Assembly: GCF_006345805.1 (NCBI RefSeq)
Contig: NC_043010.1
Location: 22,754,001 to 22,818,000 of the forward strand
Source: Octopus sinensis
Lineage: Eukaryota
Direction: 5' to 3'
DNA length: 64,000 nt
Positions 41,223 to 55,095 of this stretch are shown piece by piece (the first letter of the stretch is position 1; each line of letters starts with the position of its first letter). Made by a program: the position numbers and the translations under genes. The notes under the pieces were generated by a model. That model did not search any database, was not told the origin of the DNA, and worked only from the letters and a program-made list of their open reading frames with translations.

Positions 41223-42470
41223 TTTTATGATAAACTGTTGTTTTTAGCTGCAATCACAGAAACAACAACAGCAATAATAACAACAGCAGCAACAGCAATA
41301 CTCGTCTTCAAAATGTAAAACGAAAGAAATAAAAATAACCCGAATATGTATTACCTTTCCTTATATTCTTCGCTCATAATAAGGTGGTACTGAGGTAAGT
41401 AGTCATCCGTCTCAGAATAGTACACGGAACTAATAGATTATTTTGGCTTGATATTCTGAGTATATACATTGAAAAAATGGTGGGGATAGGAATCATAGTT
41501 AGGGGAGATGTTGAAAAAGTGTTAGTAAAAATAAATACGGAACGATAATTAAACAACGTTTGAGCATCACTGAATTAAATTAGTGACTCCATCTGCTAGA
41601 AATAAAGCCAAAAATTCTTTCTTTAAATCATAATTGCTATTTTTCAAAAGAGAGGGACGAAAGCATATCGGAATGTGGAGTCCTGTATATATTCTGAGTA
41701 GTTTTTTAAAAGGATGGGATGGCCATGGTTGGAATGAAACTAAAAACAAAACGACAACATAAAAAAAACTCAAAATGTTGTTTGATAGAATTTTCTATAA
41801 TAAATGTTGATTCTCTGTCCCATTATATTTGTAATTTAAAAACAAGGAACTAAACCATAAAGGTATTTGTTATTCATAACGGATGCCAAACTTCTACAAT
41901 GTATCACAAAGGGGCGCAAGGGGAGAAGAGTGACTTACGGATGAATTACCATGTGTCTGCGGGCTTTCTTGTTCCGGTTAAGGAAGTGTTACCAAAACAT
42001 GCGAAATGAAATTTCCTTAAATGGAAATGATGGAGTATAGTATCATGTGTGTAATTCTTTGAACTAAAATGGTAAAGTACAAGCACAAAATGTACATTAT
42101 ACACTTGCCCTGAAACCGAGGACTCATAGGAATCCTAAGACACGAGCTTAACTCGGTTTCCATGGCGACTAGGTGATTGAGATTACAACACTCCCCCGCA
42201 CATGAACGAGACGCTGGTCCTTTGCAGGGTTAACTTCCCATCTGTTACTGGAACTCATTTACAACTGAGCGGATCGGAGAATCATGAATTGAAGTTTTTG
42301 CTCCAGAACACAAAGTACCGCTCGGTCCGCAAATCAAAAAAATGATCTTACGCTTACGTTTCATGAGCTGAGAGCATTTTTTATCACGTCTGGTATCCGA
42401 ACGCTATCATCAGTCTCTGTTAAAAAATACTGTATGACATGCCATCACAGAATAGTACACTATATATATA

Positions 42471-43029
42471 CAAACTTTAGAGGACTGACCACTAAAAATG
42501 GACAGCCTATATGCTAGAAGTCAAAATCGCCTATATGCTAGAAGTCAAAATCGCCATTTTCCACGAAGAATGTGTTCTTAAGAAAAAAATTCAGCAAAAA
42601 AAGAAACAAAGTGTAAAAATAAGCAAGACAAATGAAAATATACGAAATTAAAAAAACCATTACCTATGTACTAATTAGTTTCATTTGTTAATATTTACGT
42701 ATATAGATACGCAAACATCTGCAAGATCATCAGCATAGTCTATCGCTTACAAAAAATTGTGTTTTGTAAGCGATAGACTATGCTGATGATCTTGCAGATG
42801 TTTGCGTATCCATATACGTAAATATTAACAAATGAAACTAATTAGTACATAGGTAATCGTTTTTTTTATTTCGTATATTTTCATTTGTCTTGCTTATTTT
42901 TACACTTTGTTTCTTTTTTTGCTGAATTTTTTTTCTTAAGAACACATTCTCCGTGGAAAATGGCGATTTTGACGTCTATATCGAGCATATAGACTGTCCA
43001 TTTTTTAGTGGTCAGTCCTCTAAAGTCTG
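42471..43029. mobile_element. Fully palindromic fold-back element/MITE (~275-bp arms, 7-nt loop)
   Basis: caaactttagaggactgacc...cttacaaaa-aattgtg-ttttgtaag...ggtcagtcctctaaagtctg; TA on both sides. Confidence 0.85.
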
Positions 43030-43207
43030 TATGTAAAAAAATTTTTTAAATATGCTAGGCCACTAGTTTTAATTGATTAATATCAATTTCTACCCTTATT
43101 TAATTTTATACATATATATATATGGTCTTTCAAAATGTGACATCGTGTGTACCGTTGGCGATTTTTTTCCCTCTGTCTTCCCTTCTCTGGATCTTTTCTT
43201 CTCCTAT

Positions 43208-43242
43208 GTTTCCGACGAAGAGCTCCGCTCGAAACGTTAAAC
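43208..43242 (+). ncRNA. Minimal hammerhead-like motif with variant core CCGACGA
   Basis: GTTT CCGACGA A GAGC tcc GCTC GAAAC GTT AAAC. Confidence 0.45.
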
Positions 43243-43534
43243 CCTCCTTCTTTCCTTCTTTCCTGAGCGTCCAATAATACTATATTTGTTCCACGTCCTC
43301 GCGTTGTTGTGTTTTTTTGTGCTTTCTTGTTTGGATTAACTATATATATATATATATATATTTATAAATGAAAGAATGGAGTCGAACGAAGATGTTAACA
43401 AAATTCCTTTACTCTCGACATATGTTTCGAAGACAACATGTTTTCATTCCAAAGGAATAAAGGGTGCATTATGCAATCTTCTCATCAGGAAAGAAAGGGA
43501 GCCTCTCTCAACAACAAGAGAGAGAGGGTCCCTT

Positions 43535-43705
43535 TCTTGTGTGGCTATGCGGTAAGAATTTTGCTGCTCAGCCACATGGCTCCGGGTTCAGTCCCACTGC
43601 GTGGTATCTCGGATGTCTTCTACTATAGCTTCGAACAGACCAAAGCCTTGTTGGTGGATTTGGTGGACGGAAAAATAAAAGAAGCCTGTCGTAGATACAT
43701 GTATG

Positions 43706-43740
<35 letters not shown>

Positions 43741-43850
43741 GTCCGTCACCACCGCTTGGCGACTGCTGTTGGCGTATTTAAGTTCTCGTAAAGCGACCGA
43801 AAGAATAAATATCAGGCTTAACAAAAATATTAGTTCAAAACTTAGTCCTG
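43535..43850 (+). mobile_element. SINE family B, diverged
   Basis: ccgggttcagtcccactgcgtgg..gtcttctactatagc..accaaagccttg. Confidence 0.75.
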
Positions 43851-44519
43851 CAATACCAAGATCAACAGAAAATGTATTCCATCTGGTGAGTGATAAATAT
43901 TATTGAATAAACGCAAAGTATGTTTTATGTACTACTACTAGTTTCATGCACTGAGAGCATGCCAGACAATATTTTTTGACAGAACCTGATTATAGTGCTA
44001 GGGCGCCAGACATGTTAAAAATGCTCTCTGCATGCTCTCAGCACATAAAAGCATATTGTGTTTATTAAACTATACACACACACACACACTCACACTCACA
44101 CACATACAATCGAGTGAGTGGACAAACGAAAGAATCGCACCAAAAAAAATTATGTACGCATGAAGACAGTTTGATTCAAATTCATGGAAGAGCGATGCTA
44201 GCATGTCACTTGAAACCCATCGGTAACAAGCAAGAGAAAGCAACGTCGGTTCCTTCAGTATCCTTCAAACAGCAAGCGTGATTGCTCATATATGTATGCC
44301 AGAAGGTTTGCAAATCCAACAGAATCCCCAAAAAGATATTTTAAGATCTACAAGGAGCAGAACTTATCTGCAGCTCTTGGTGGTCCAAATCGGAGATGCA
44401 GTCTATGTGGGTGTCTTTTCAGAATATTGTCTTGTTCAAAAAGCCACATTAGATGTCATGATTATTCTAAGTTGTAGGTACAGGAGGAGATTAAACTCTG
44501 CGTAAGGAGTAGACAACCA

Positions 44520-44558
<39 letters not shown>

Positions 44559-44589
44559 CACAAACACACACATACACACGCGCACACAC

Positions 44590-44632
<43 letters not shown>

Positions 44633-44971
44633 AGTATCTTCACTGGCTGTTTACCTATCAAAGACCATCAGCTCGTAAAATGTGATGAACGAACAACGAA
44701 ACAAATCTTTTTTCTAAAGAACCATCATGCCTTCTCATCCATTTTGTGTCATCATTCATCATCATCATTATCGCCGTCGTCGACATCCTCCTCTTCATGA
44801 TGATGATGATCATCATCAATAACAATCTTCTTAAAATGATTTTCTTTGTATTTTTCATTTCAGTATGTACGTTATTTTACAGATATTTTTCTTACGAGTA
44901 ATTTTATGCTGAAAAAATTTCTTATCTAACTTATGATTTAATTTTTGTTTTCTTTGACTTCATATTATTGC

Positions 44972-44974
<3 letters not shown>

Positions 44975-45056
<82 letters not shown>

Positions 45057-45093
45057 CATTATCATTATCATTATCATTATCATTATCATTATC

Positions 45094-45179
<86 letters not shown>

Positions 45180-45180
45180 T
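44975..45180. repeat. (ATT)n/(ATTATC)n compound microsatellite
   Basis: Direct reading. Confidence 0.95.
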
Positions 45181-45308
45181 TTTTTTTTTTTATCGCAGAA
45201 TGTCGATGAATTCTCTTTAGCATCGGTCGAAAACCTACATCTGCCATTTCTTCAAATTTCAACAGTAGTCATTGACAATGTTATATTGCGGCATTTCAGA
45301 TTAAACAC

Positions 45309-45341
<33 letters not shown>

Positions 45342-45712
45342 AACACACACATACACACACACGGTACACGCTCACGCACACTCATACAATACAAACACAC
45401 ACAAAGACACATATTCATATACATGCATGCATCAATATTTACATATATTCATTTACGTACGCAAGTATATACACATACATGCCTACATACATACATATAT
45501 TTATATATATATATATTATATATATATATATATATATATGTATGTACGTACTACGTACGTAAGTATGCATGTATGAATGTATGTGTGTATATATGTATGA
45601 TATGTATGTACTAACGTACGTATATATGTATGTAAGGGCATATACTCAATAAAACAAAATCGAATAGCTAAACATTTTATTCCTCAAGAGCTGCCATAAA
45701 TCCGCGCACACG

Positions 45713-45755
<43 letters not shown>

Positions 45756-46139
45756 CATGTGTGTGTGTGAGAGAGAGAGAAAGAAAGAGATGTATATTTG
45801 TATATCTTGTAATACTTTTTGCCGTGTTTCAATTTCTTATCAGTGGAAAAAATGAAATTTATGATGGGGAAAGAATACTTATAGATACATACATACATAC
45901 ATACATACATACATACATACATACATACATACATACATACGCACATTAATAGATAGTAAATCATACATACATTCATACATACGTAGAATCATACGTACGT
46001 ACAATCATACATACATACACGCATTCATACATACATATATACACTCACGCAAACACTCACACACAAACACACACACACATACGCACATATACATGCACTT
46101 ACAGACATACTCATATACCGCAATACATAGTTACGTTTA

Positions 46140-46507
46140 CTCTTTTACAGGTTTCAGTCGTTTAACTGCGGCCATGCTGGAGCAACGCCTTTAGTCGAAC
46201 AAATTGAATCCAGGACTTATTCTTTGTAAGCCTAGTACTTATTCCATTGGGTACTTCTGTCGAGCCGCTAAGTTATGGGGACGTAAATACACCAGCATCG
46301 GTTGTCAAGTAATGTTGGGAGAACCAACACAGACACACAAACACACACATACATATATAAGCATATACATATATACGACGGGTTTCTTTCAGTTTCCATC
46401 TACCCAATCCCCTCACAAGGCTTTGGTCGGCCCGAGGCTATAGTAGAAGACACTTGCCCAAGGTGCCACGCAGTGGGACTGAACCCAGAACCATGTAGTT
46501 GGTAAGC
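46140..46507 (-). mobile_element. SINE family B
   Basis: Reverse complement: gaagacacttgcccaaggtgccacgcagtgggactgaaccc. Confidence 0.85.
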
Positions 46508-46680
46508 GATGATAATGATGCATAAAAACGTAAAAACATGAAAAGAGAATGATAAAAATATATAAATAAATAGCAATAATAATGATGATAGCAACAGCAA
46601 AATGCTTGTCCCAGATATTTAATTTCATTTGCTGTCATTTACAAAATGTATCTTAGCTGAAACAATATTCCTTTTAGAAA

Positions 46681-46890
46681 GACGGCGAGCTGGCAGAAAC
46701 GTTAGCACGCTGGGCGAAATGCTTAGCGGGATTTCGTCTGCCGCTACGTTCTGAGTTCAAATTCCGCCGAGGTCGACTTTGCCTTTCATCCTTTCGGGGT
46801 CGATAAATTAAGTACCAGTTACGCACTGGGGTCGATCTAATCGACTGGCCTCCTCCCCCCAAATTTCGATCCTTGTGCCTAGAGTAGCAA
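46681..46890 (+). mobile_element. SINE family A, best-preserved copy
   Basis: A-box-like TGGCAGAAACGTTAG, B-box-like GAGTTCAAATTCC, body gaggtcgactttgcctttcatcctttcggggtcgataaattaagtaccag; resembles described octopus tRNA-derived SINEs (exact family not verified). Confidence 0.9.
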
Positions 46891-47164
46891 AGGGTATTAC
46901 ATGCGAGTGCCAAACTGTAAAGCAGCAGTTAAGAATTCCTTCGAGAGTCACAGCCAAATTGGTACAGTGCTGCGTCGTTACAGGTCCATTTCTTTGGTGG
47001 AGGTCATATTTTCTGGCTGGGTTCATTTGCTTCACTTTGTTATTTTTTCCTCTTTCTTTTTTCTCTTTTAATTTTTCCTTCTTCGCGGCACTGCGTTGTG
47101 TCTGCAGAAATAACATTTACTTAAGACTCGTTATTACTGTTTCCCCTTGCTGCTGCTGCTGCTG

Positions 47165-47206
<42 letters not shown>

Positions 47207-48032
47207 TTACTACTACTACTACTTCTGCTAGTGCTACTGCTGCTTTTGTTGTTCTTTAACCCAGATTAGTTTTATTGGAAAGCATTCTAGGTATAGCGTT
47301 TATTTTCTTTCACTTTTTCAGTATGTCTTGCAATCATTCTTCCTTTCTTTCTTTCTTTCTTTCTTTCTTTCCTTTGGTTTTTTTTTTCAGTATGTCTTTC
47401 AATCACTCCTTTTTTCTTTCTTCCTTCCTTTCTTTCTTTTTCTGTTTTTCTTCCTTCGATCCTTTCTTTCTTTCGTTCCTTTGATGTTTTTCAGTATGTT
47501 CTTCAATCATACTTTCTTTCTTTCTTTCTTTTCATTTTTTCTTTCCTTCATTCTCTCATTCGTTCAAAGTCTCGTTCTTCCATTCACTCAAGCCGACAAA
47601 TATTTGGCCTCACCAGAAAACATTCACGTCGTATGTTGCTGCTTAACGCTGCTACTTCCGACTGAAACCTCGCTTTCGCTCTCTCATCCTTCTCTAACTA
47701 CAACCTACGCGCGCACGCACACCCAAATATCTCAGATTTTTGCACCAACAGCAAATATTGAGATTACGAACCCGGGCACAGTCTATTTCTGTACCGTCTC
47801 AGGTTTTAGTTGATTCACCAAAGCCTATCCAGTCTTAATTATCGAATTTAATATTAAAATATCCAATAGTCGCCGCCATTTCCCCTTGTTAGCTTCTTCA
47901 GATCTTTCTTTATAAGCGAAGCTGGACTCACACAAACGCACGTGTGCACTCACATACGTACACACACATTCATACACATGAACACAAACGTATATCTATT
48001 GTATTCATATATGTACCTATACATACATGCAT

Positions 48033-48110
<78 letters not shown>

Positions 48111-48185
48111 ATATATATATGTACGAGGGTGTATACACGCAAGCACGCACACACACACACACACACACACATATATGTATATATA

Positions 48186-48217
<32 letters not shown>

Positions 48218-48659
48218 GTATGGATGTATGTATCTATAAATGCATATGTATGTATACGCATCTTTAGAGAGAGTGTGATATATAGATTAATATATACATA
48301 TCACTATATGTATATGTGAGTCTATGTATGCATGAGTGTGTGTGTAAGCGTATGCATTTTATTTCAGGACCTTACATTTTGTTTCTTCTGCTCACCTCGT
48401 ACCTCCCCCTTTTTTTTTTCTTTTTTTTTTATCTATTACTTTGTCTTTAGTATTTTCGTTCATAAACTGCGTCTGTTTCCACAATGCTCACAACTTTCTC
48501 CAACTATTTCTGTAACACCAAAGTGTGAGGTCGTTATTACTTAATTTCCGCCTATTCAAAGACGGCTGTTTCATGAATTAATCAGGCGTTTAACAGGCAA
48601 AGTTAACGAGAAAAACTAGGTTTAAATCTGTCCAGACAGCTTATATTAATTATGTAAAT

Positions 48660-48829
48660 AGGCGCAGGTGTGACTATATGGTAAGAAGTTTGCTTTCCAA
48701 CTACATGATTCCGGGTTCAGCCCTACTGTGTGGCATCTTAGGCAAGTGTCTTCTGCTATAGCCTCGGACTGATTAAAGTCTTGTGAGCTGATTTGATAGA
48801 CGGAAACTGAAAGAAGCTCGTCGTATATA

Positions 48830-48904
<75 letters not shown>

Positions 48905-49140
48905 GTGTGTGTGTGTGTGTTGTGTGTGTGTGTGTGTGTGTGTGTTTGTGTTTGTCACTCCACCGTCGCTTGACAATCGATGTTGGTGTGCTTACGTCCC
49001 CGTAACTTACCGGTTCGGCAAAAGTGTCCAATGGAATAAGTACTAGGTTTACAAAAAATAGTCCTGTGCTCAATTTATTCGACTAAAGGCGGTGTTCCAG
49101 CATGGCCGCAGTCAAATGACTGAAACAAGTAAAAGAGTAA
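48660..49140 (+). mobile_element. SINE family B
   Basis: ggcgcaggtgtgact..ccgggttcagccc..ggcaagtgtcttctgctatagcc..ccagcatggccgcagtcaaatgactgaaacaag. Confidence 0.85.
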
Positions 49141-49150
49141 GAGAAAATAC

Positions 49151-49205
<55 letters not shown>

Positions 49206-49238
49206 ATGTATATATACACACATATGTAAGTATGTATG

Positions 49239-49282
<44 letters not shown>

Positions 49283-50169
49283 TAAGTACATGAATGCATG
49301 TGTTCATATATATTCTTGACGTACTGTAATATCTATATCCACCGATCAGTCAATCTCTCTCTGCTTGTCTTCCTCTCCATCTCTTTCTCTGTAGCAACCT
49401 ACATACCTACCTATGTACGTACCTGTGTCCCCATCCCCGCCTCTTTCTCTAGCTATCTATCTACTCACCTACCCATCCACCTATCTCTTTATCAATCATT
49501 CAGGCCATCCAGATTATATAGATCACATCGTTTTTGATAGAAGAGTCACACTCCTTCCATGACACACTGCCGAAATGAGTGATTGGTGAAGCTGGAGAAA
49601 ATAGAAGTAATACGATTGGTTTCTGCATCACTGGATGCTAATAACTAAATGCAAGGACCAAGTATTCTAGTACGGCCTTATGACACGATCGTATAGAATA
49701 TGCAAAACTATTTCTAGGTCTCTTGAGGGTTTATTTATACTGTAGCACAACGATCGAGAAACGGCACTCAAATTGCCCTCACCTTCAGAAAAGATAGGGG
49801 CATACGTAGGTATACAGGAAGATAATTAGGGGGATTGAAAGGGAGAGAGAGAGAGAGAGTGTGTGTGTGGGGGGGAAAGGAACAGATAAAGAAATCAAGC
49901 GATAAACAGATGTACAGCTATACTGGATGTATAAAAGTTCAGGATTGGCACGGTTAGAACGCCTTTCGACTGAATTTTCAAACTTCTGATCTTCCTTTAG
50001 GGCGAATTTACCCTGTTCAAAGCTTACTCACCGTCCCCCCTTCATTATCTCTAAGGGCTTAAATCTTAAAAGAAATGAAAATTGAGTTATCAGCTGTTGA
50101 AGATGTGTTTACGTTATTGCCCCCCCCCCACACACACACGCCATGCACACATATACATATATGTGTATA

Positions 50170-51038
50170 TGTGGTATGATCAACAAGCATCCAGACTGTT
50201 GTCATAGTAACGAAGATAAGCACGCAGAGTAAAGCCGCTTGGCACAGATTGACCTGGAACTATGTTGTGCATGCGCAAGAAGCTTTAACGGTGTCCCTTG
50301 CTTCTGCTGTTTACAGCAATGCTTTGAAGGAACATATGTAGCATGTGATCATCGCATTGACCATGACAGAAAACTGAGCAGAGAATCTGCATCAAAATTT
50401 TTTCAAAAGCTTGGTGATATCTGCTCGGAGGCCTATGCAAAGTTTTAAAAAAGCTTTCATCGTTCTCGACACAATCAAGGAGATATTGTGCGACTGAAAC
50501 CCGAGTGTCTTTTTGGTCAGCTGAAAGCAGTTTTGGCACAAACTGGACAGACACGCGACTCATACCTAAATCTTCAGTGATCATGGACTGAACTAAACCG
50601 TAACTAATCTGCACATCCTCTGATAAAAGGCAGATGTCATTCGATGATTTCCCCTCACAGCTGCATGCACATCTGCAACTCTGCTGGTTGCGGGTCACAC
50701 AGAATGTACGTCAATATCGACATTTTTTCGGCCATTTGAACTACTCGTACACTTGTGTGCGGCTCATACACTCTTCTCCATACACTTTCGGCAAATTTGC
50801 ATAGGCCTCCGAGTAGGTGTCGCCATGCCAACTTTCTCCACCTTGGTCAAGGCGACGATCACAGGCTACACATGTTCCTTCCAAGCACTGCTGTAAACAG
50901 TGGTAGTGAGCTAGGACATCAAAACTTAGTGCACATCCACAGCATAGTTCATTGTCATTCTGTGCCAGGCGGCTTTACTCTGCGTGCTTTACCTTCGTTT
51001 CTATGGCAACAGCCCAGATACTTATAAATCAGACCTCA
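50170..51038. mobile_element. Non-autonomous mariner derivative with long inverted arms
   Basis: TA on both sides; TIR-like ends (tgtggtatgatcaacaagcatcc / gatacttataaatcagacctca); transposase remnants SEAYA..KVYGEECMSRTQVYE and ITEDLGMSRVSVQFVPKLLSADQK on minus, and the same transposase start (...QRICIKF..KLGD.CSEAYAK) on plus. Confidence 0.85.
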
Positions 51039-51072
51039 TATATACACTCACACTACATATATACAAACATAT

Positions 51073-51105
<33 letters not shown>

Positions 51106-51282
51106 TATGTATGTGTGTATGTATGTATGTATGTATGTATATTAGACAGAATGAGATCACAAAGTCAAGGGTGTGAGAAGTTGTCAGGACATTTATAAGG
51201 AAATAGCCTTACTGCTGTTTCTGGGATATCCTTTCATCACACCGTCTCCGATGAAGGGATATAAATAATATCCCAGAAACAG

Positions 51283-51319
<37 letters not shown>

Positions 51320-51320
<1 letters not shown>

Positions 51321-52355
51321 ACATATTAATAAATAAAACATATGCATATATACATACATATATGTACGTACCTACATCTATATGTATATATACATACATA
51401 TATGGGTACAGGACACCAAAAAACGTCGAACACAATGAGAAACGTAAACATAAACACAAAACCAAGGAAATGGACATTTTTCTTAAACAACGAAAAAATA
51501 GACTACAAGACATACAACACAAGGAAAATTCCCCTTCTTCAGCCGCTTCTATTTCATATACTCCGCGTTTCGAAGGTAAAGGTGAGACACGACTTCGGTG
51601 AAACATTCCTTCCCGCAAAAAGCAAATTAAATAAAATTTGAGATTTTTTTGCGGAGGGGTAAAAATGGTAACGAAAACAGGACAGTAAAGACAGTACAAA
51701 ATATAAACAGTAAAAAACAGGACAGGGAGAATAACAGTAACAGACATTGTGAGCTGTTAAGCCAAAACGAAAGAAAACATATTATGAACGCTTTTTGGAA
51801 ACGGTGAGAGAGAGAGAGAGACAGGAAGCCGTCCACACTTGAAGGAAGCCAGGTCAGAAAGACAGTAGTTTTCTCGTCGCGGGTCAGCGACGGAACGGAG
51901 GAGGAGAAGTAAAGGAAAGAGAGAGAAGAAAAGGGAATGGCTGTAGAGAAAACCAGAAAGAATGAAGAATGAGAGAGAGAGAGAGAGGGACAGTAAGGTA
52001 GAAGAAAAGGAAACCAGAAAGAATGAAGGCTGAGAGAGGGAGGGGGACAGAAAGGTTAAGAGTGCGCATCATTATTAATATTAAGATAAAACTTACTTAG
52101 AAATGGATGCGTGCGTTCCGTCATATAATAACAAATTAATAAATAAAACATACATATATACATACATACATGTATGTACCTACATCTATATGTATATATA
52201 CATGCATATATGGGTACAGGACACCAAAAAAACGTCGAACACAATGAGAAACGAAAACATAAACACAAAACCAAGGAAATGGACACTTTTCTTAAACGAC
52301 GAAAAAATAGAGTACAAGACATACAACACAAGGAAAATTCCCCTTCTTCAGCCGC
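51320..52355. repeat. Two direct ~230-bp repeats (51320-51545, 52115-52355); inverted third copy at 37975-38230
   Basis: tatatgggtacaggacaccaaaaaacgtcgaacacaatgagaaacg..ggaaaattccccttcttcagccgc. Confidence 0.85.
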
Positions 52356-52502
52356 CTCATGCATGCTAATACAAGACCCACATTCGACTCCTCACTTGTA
52401 TCATTATCGAACCAAGAGTTTAACTATGGTCTGTCCATAGCACTTACTTAGCGTTACCCGCCACTCTTTGGGTCTTCTAGATACCAATACCTCTCATATA
52501 TA

Positions 52503-52553
<51 letters not shown>

Positions 52554-52919
52554 TGTGTGTATATGCATATGTACGTATATATACCTCTAGCGATGGATGA
52601 TGAGATGATAAAGGTGTGTTAGTGATGCTGATAATGATGATAAGGAGGGGAGAAGGAAGAGAAGGAAGAAGCGGATGATAGTCATGATGTTGGGATGGTG
52701 GTGAAGGTGAAAATCATGATAATTACTGAAATACATATAATATTTTAAGGAATGTTTTTAGATTTGTCTTGGTTCAATTTGAGTTGTAATGACGTCAAGC
52801 CAATCAAAACTAAAATGCAAAAAAAAAATAAATCTGCGAATACAAAACTGCAAAGAATGAATGAGCCTGCTTTGGGCGAGACACATATTTTGTAAAAGGT
52901 AACTGTTTCCCGGAAACTA

Positions 52920-53702
52920 ATCCATAATCCTTTCTACTATAGCCACAAAGCTTGAAATTTTGGTGGGTTGGGGAGTTAGTTAATTAATGCGACTCCTGTG
53001 TTCAACTAATATATATTTTTATCGCTCCGAAAGTCGATTTCGCCAAAATATAAAGACGGACGAAATAACTAGTATAATAAGAATGGTTTCAAATTTTGTC
53101 ATAAGGGCAGCAATTTTGGTGAGAGGGGGTGACCCCAGTGTTCAACTAGTGCTTTATCAATCCCGAAAGGATGAAACGTAAAGTCGACTTCAACGGAATT
53201 TAGACTCTGAACGTTGTGTCGGGTGAAATACCTATTTCTTTACTACGCACAAGGGGCTAAACACAGAGGACGAACAAGGACAGATAAACGGATTAAGTCG
53301 ATTATATCGACCTCAGTGCGTAACTGGTATTTATTGAATCGACTCCGGAAGGATGAAAGGTAAAGTCGACCTCGGCGGAATTTAAAACTCAGAACGTAAC
53401 GGCAAACGAAATACGGCTACGCATTTCGCCCGGCGTGTTAACGTTTCTGCCAGCTCGCCGCCTTAACTAATATAATAAATCCTTTCTACTGAAGACAGAA
53501 GGCCTTGAAATTTGTGGGTGGGGGGGGAGACTAGTCGATTACATCGACCCCAGTGTTTCATTGGTGCTTAATTTATTCGACCCCGAAAGGATGAAAAGTA
53601 AAGTTGACCTCAGCAGAGCTTGAACTCGGAACGTAGCGACGTGCGAGTTACGGCTAAGCATCTCGGCCACGGTGCTAACTATTTTGTCTGCTCACTGCCT
53701 TT
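52920..53702 (-). mobile_element. SINE family A cluster including a multimer
   Basis: Three cores gaaaggatgaaa..aaagtcgac. Confidence 0.85.
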
Positions 53703-54719
53703 AATATAATAATAATAGTTTACTGAATAGTTTCAAGAATATGCTTGGTACAATAACAACAACAACACCAACAACAACGCCGGCGACGGCGAAGCCGACA
53801 AAGATAACGGTAGCAATAACAATGACACACACGCACAGGCAGAAAATTTACTGATCGAATAATACAGAAATGTAAGCTTGTTTGCCAAAATTCTTTCCAA
53901 TAATGAATTTTCAAATTTGGAGAGAATCCTGTCTTAAATAAACTATGGAAGAATTGTATTATAAAGATCCATCTCATGGTGCAAAGAATTTATTCAGCAG
54001 CGGACAAGAAAGGAAGTGACATACCTTTGTTTCATGAAGAAAGGGAGCTTTCTTTGTTCCCCCAAAGGATCAGTTAGAGAAAGATATGGCAGACTTAGGG
54101 TTTAGCATCATGTACACAAAAAGGACAAAGACTACAGTACCGAATGTATGATCTTTAAGACCAAGGATTTGGTGCAACGACAGGGAGAGAGAGAGGAGGT
54201 GGATTTAGTGTAACCCCATTCATAAGCAGCATTTTTACAAGAATGACAGTGAAGGGGTATAAGAAGAAGCATTGGCCCTTAGTTCGTTGAGGTTTTTATA
54301 AAGCAATATAGACAGGTAATAAATGCTTAAGTAACAAGCAACGATATCGCAATGCACTTGTAGGTTCTTGTAAACTACCCAAGATGAGAGAGCCAGGAGA
54401 AGAAATTTGAGAGAACAAAAACAACAGATATAGAACAAGGAGTATGCAGCAAAAAAGCCCAATCGTTGTAGCTGCATTTGCAGAAACCAAAAAGGGACTG
54501 GTGCTCTGAAGTGCTGAAGAAGCAGACGAGAAAGGAAGAAGGCAGAGAACAACAATACTCAGTTTAGACATTAGATAAATGGCGGAGCAGACGACATCGG
54601 ATTTTGATAATATCAAAAGTACATTTGCCAGTCTGTAATGTTCAGAAGCTAAAATTTACTCTCTTTTGTGTTATTTTCTTCTCATTCACCAAAAGTAAAA
54701 GTCACTTCTAATGCAATGC

Positions 54720-54925
54720 CAATGACAGAGTCATTAGCGTACCGGACAAAAAGCTTAGCGGCATTTCGTCCGTTTTTATGGTTTAAGTTCAAATTCCACC
54801 CACGTCAACTTTTCCTTTCGTTCTTTTGGGGTCGATAAAACAAGTACCATTTGAACACTGAGGTCGATGTAATTGATTAATACCGTCCCACAGAACTGCT
54901 AGATTTATACCAAAATTTGGATCAA
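54720..54925 (+). mobile_element. SINE family A
   Basis: cttagcggcatttcgtcc..aagttcaaattcc..ggggtcgataaaacaagtacc. Confidence 0.75.
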
Positions 54926-55095
54926 CTATTGTTGTTGTTATTGTTATTATTATCATTATTATTATTGTTATTGTTATTGTTGTTGGTGTTATTGTTGTTG
55001 ATTTGACTTAGGTTCGTTCTTATTCCTGGTAGAATTATATGGGTAGTGGGGTTACTACCTGTAACCTTAGGTATCCACTAGCTTCCAATAATCTT

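Noticed and set aside
44292-44477. RRCSLCG..RILSCSKSHIRCHD resembling a LINE zinc knuckle
   Set aside because: Spacing is wrong and no adjacent RT or RLE motifs were recognisable; too weak to call
47870-47905. CTGAAGA..GAAA on minus as another hammerhead (similar weak cases at 39345-39395 and 23670-23700)
   Set aside because: Stems do not pair convincingly; not counted
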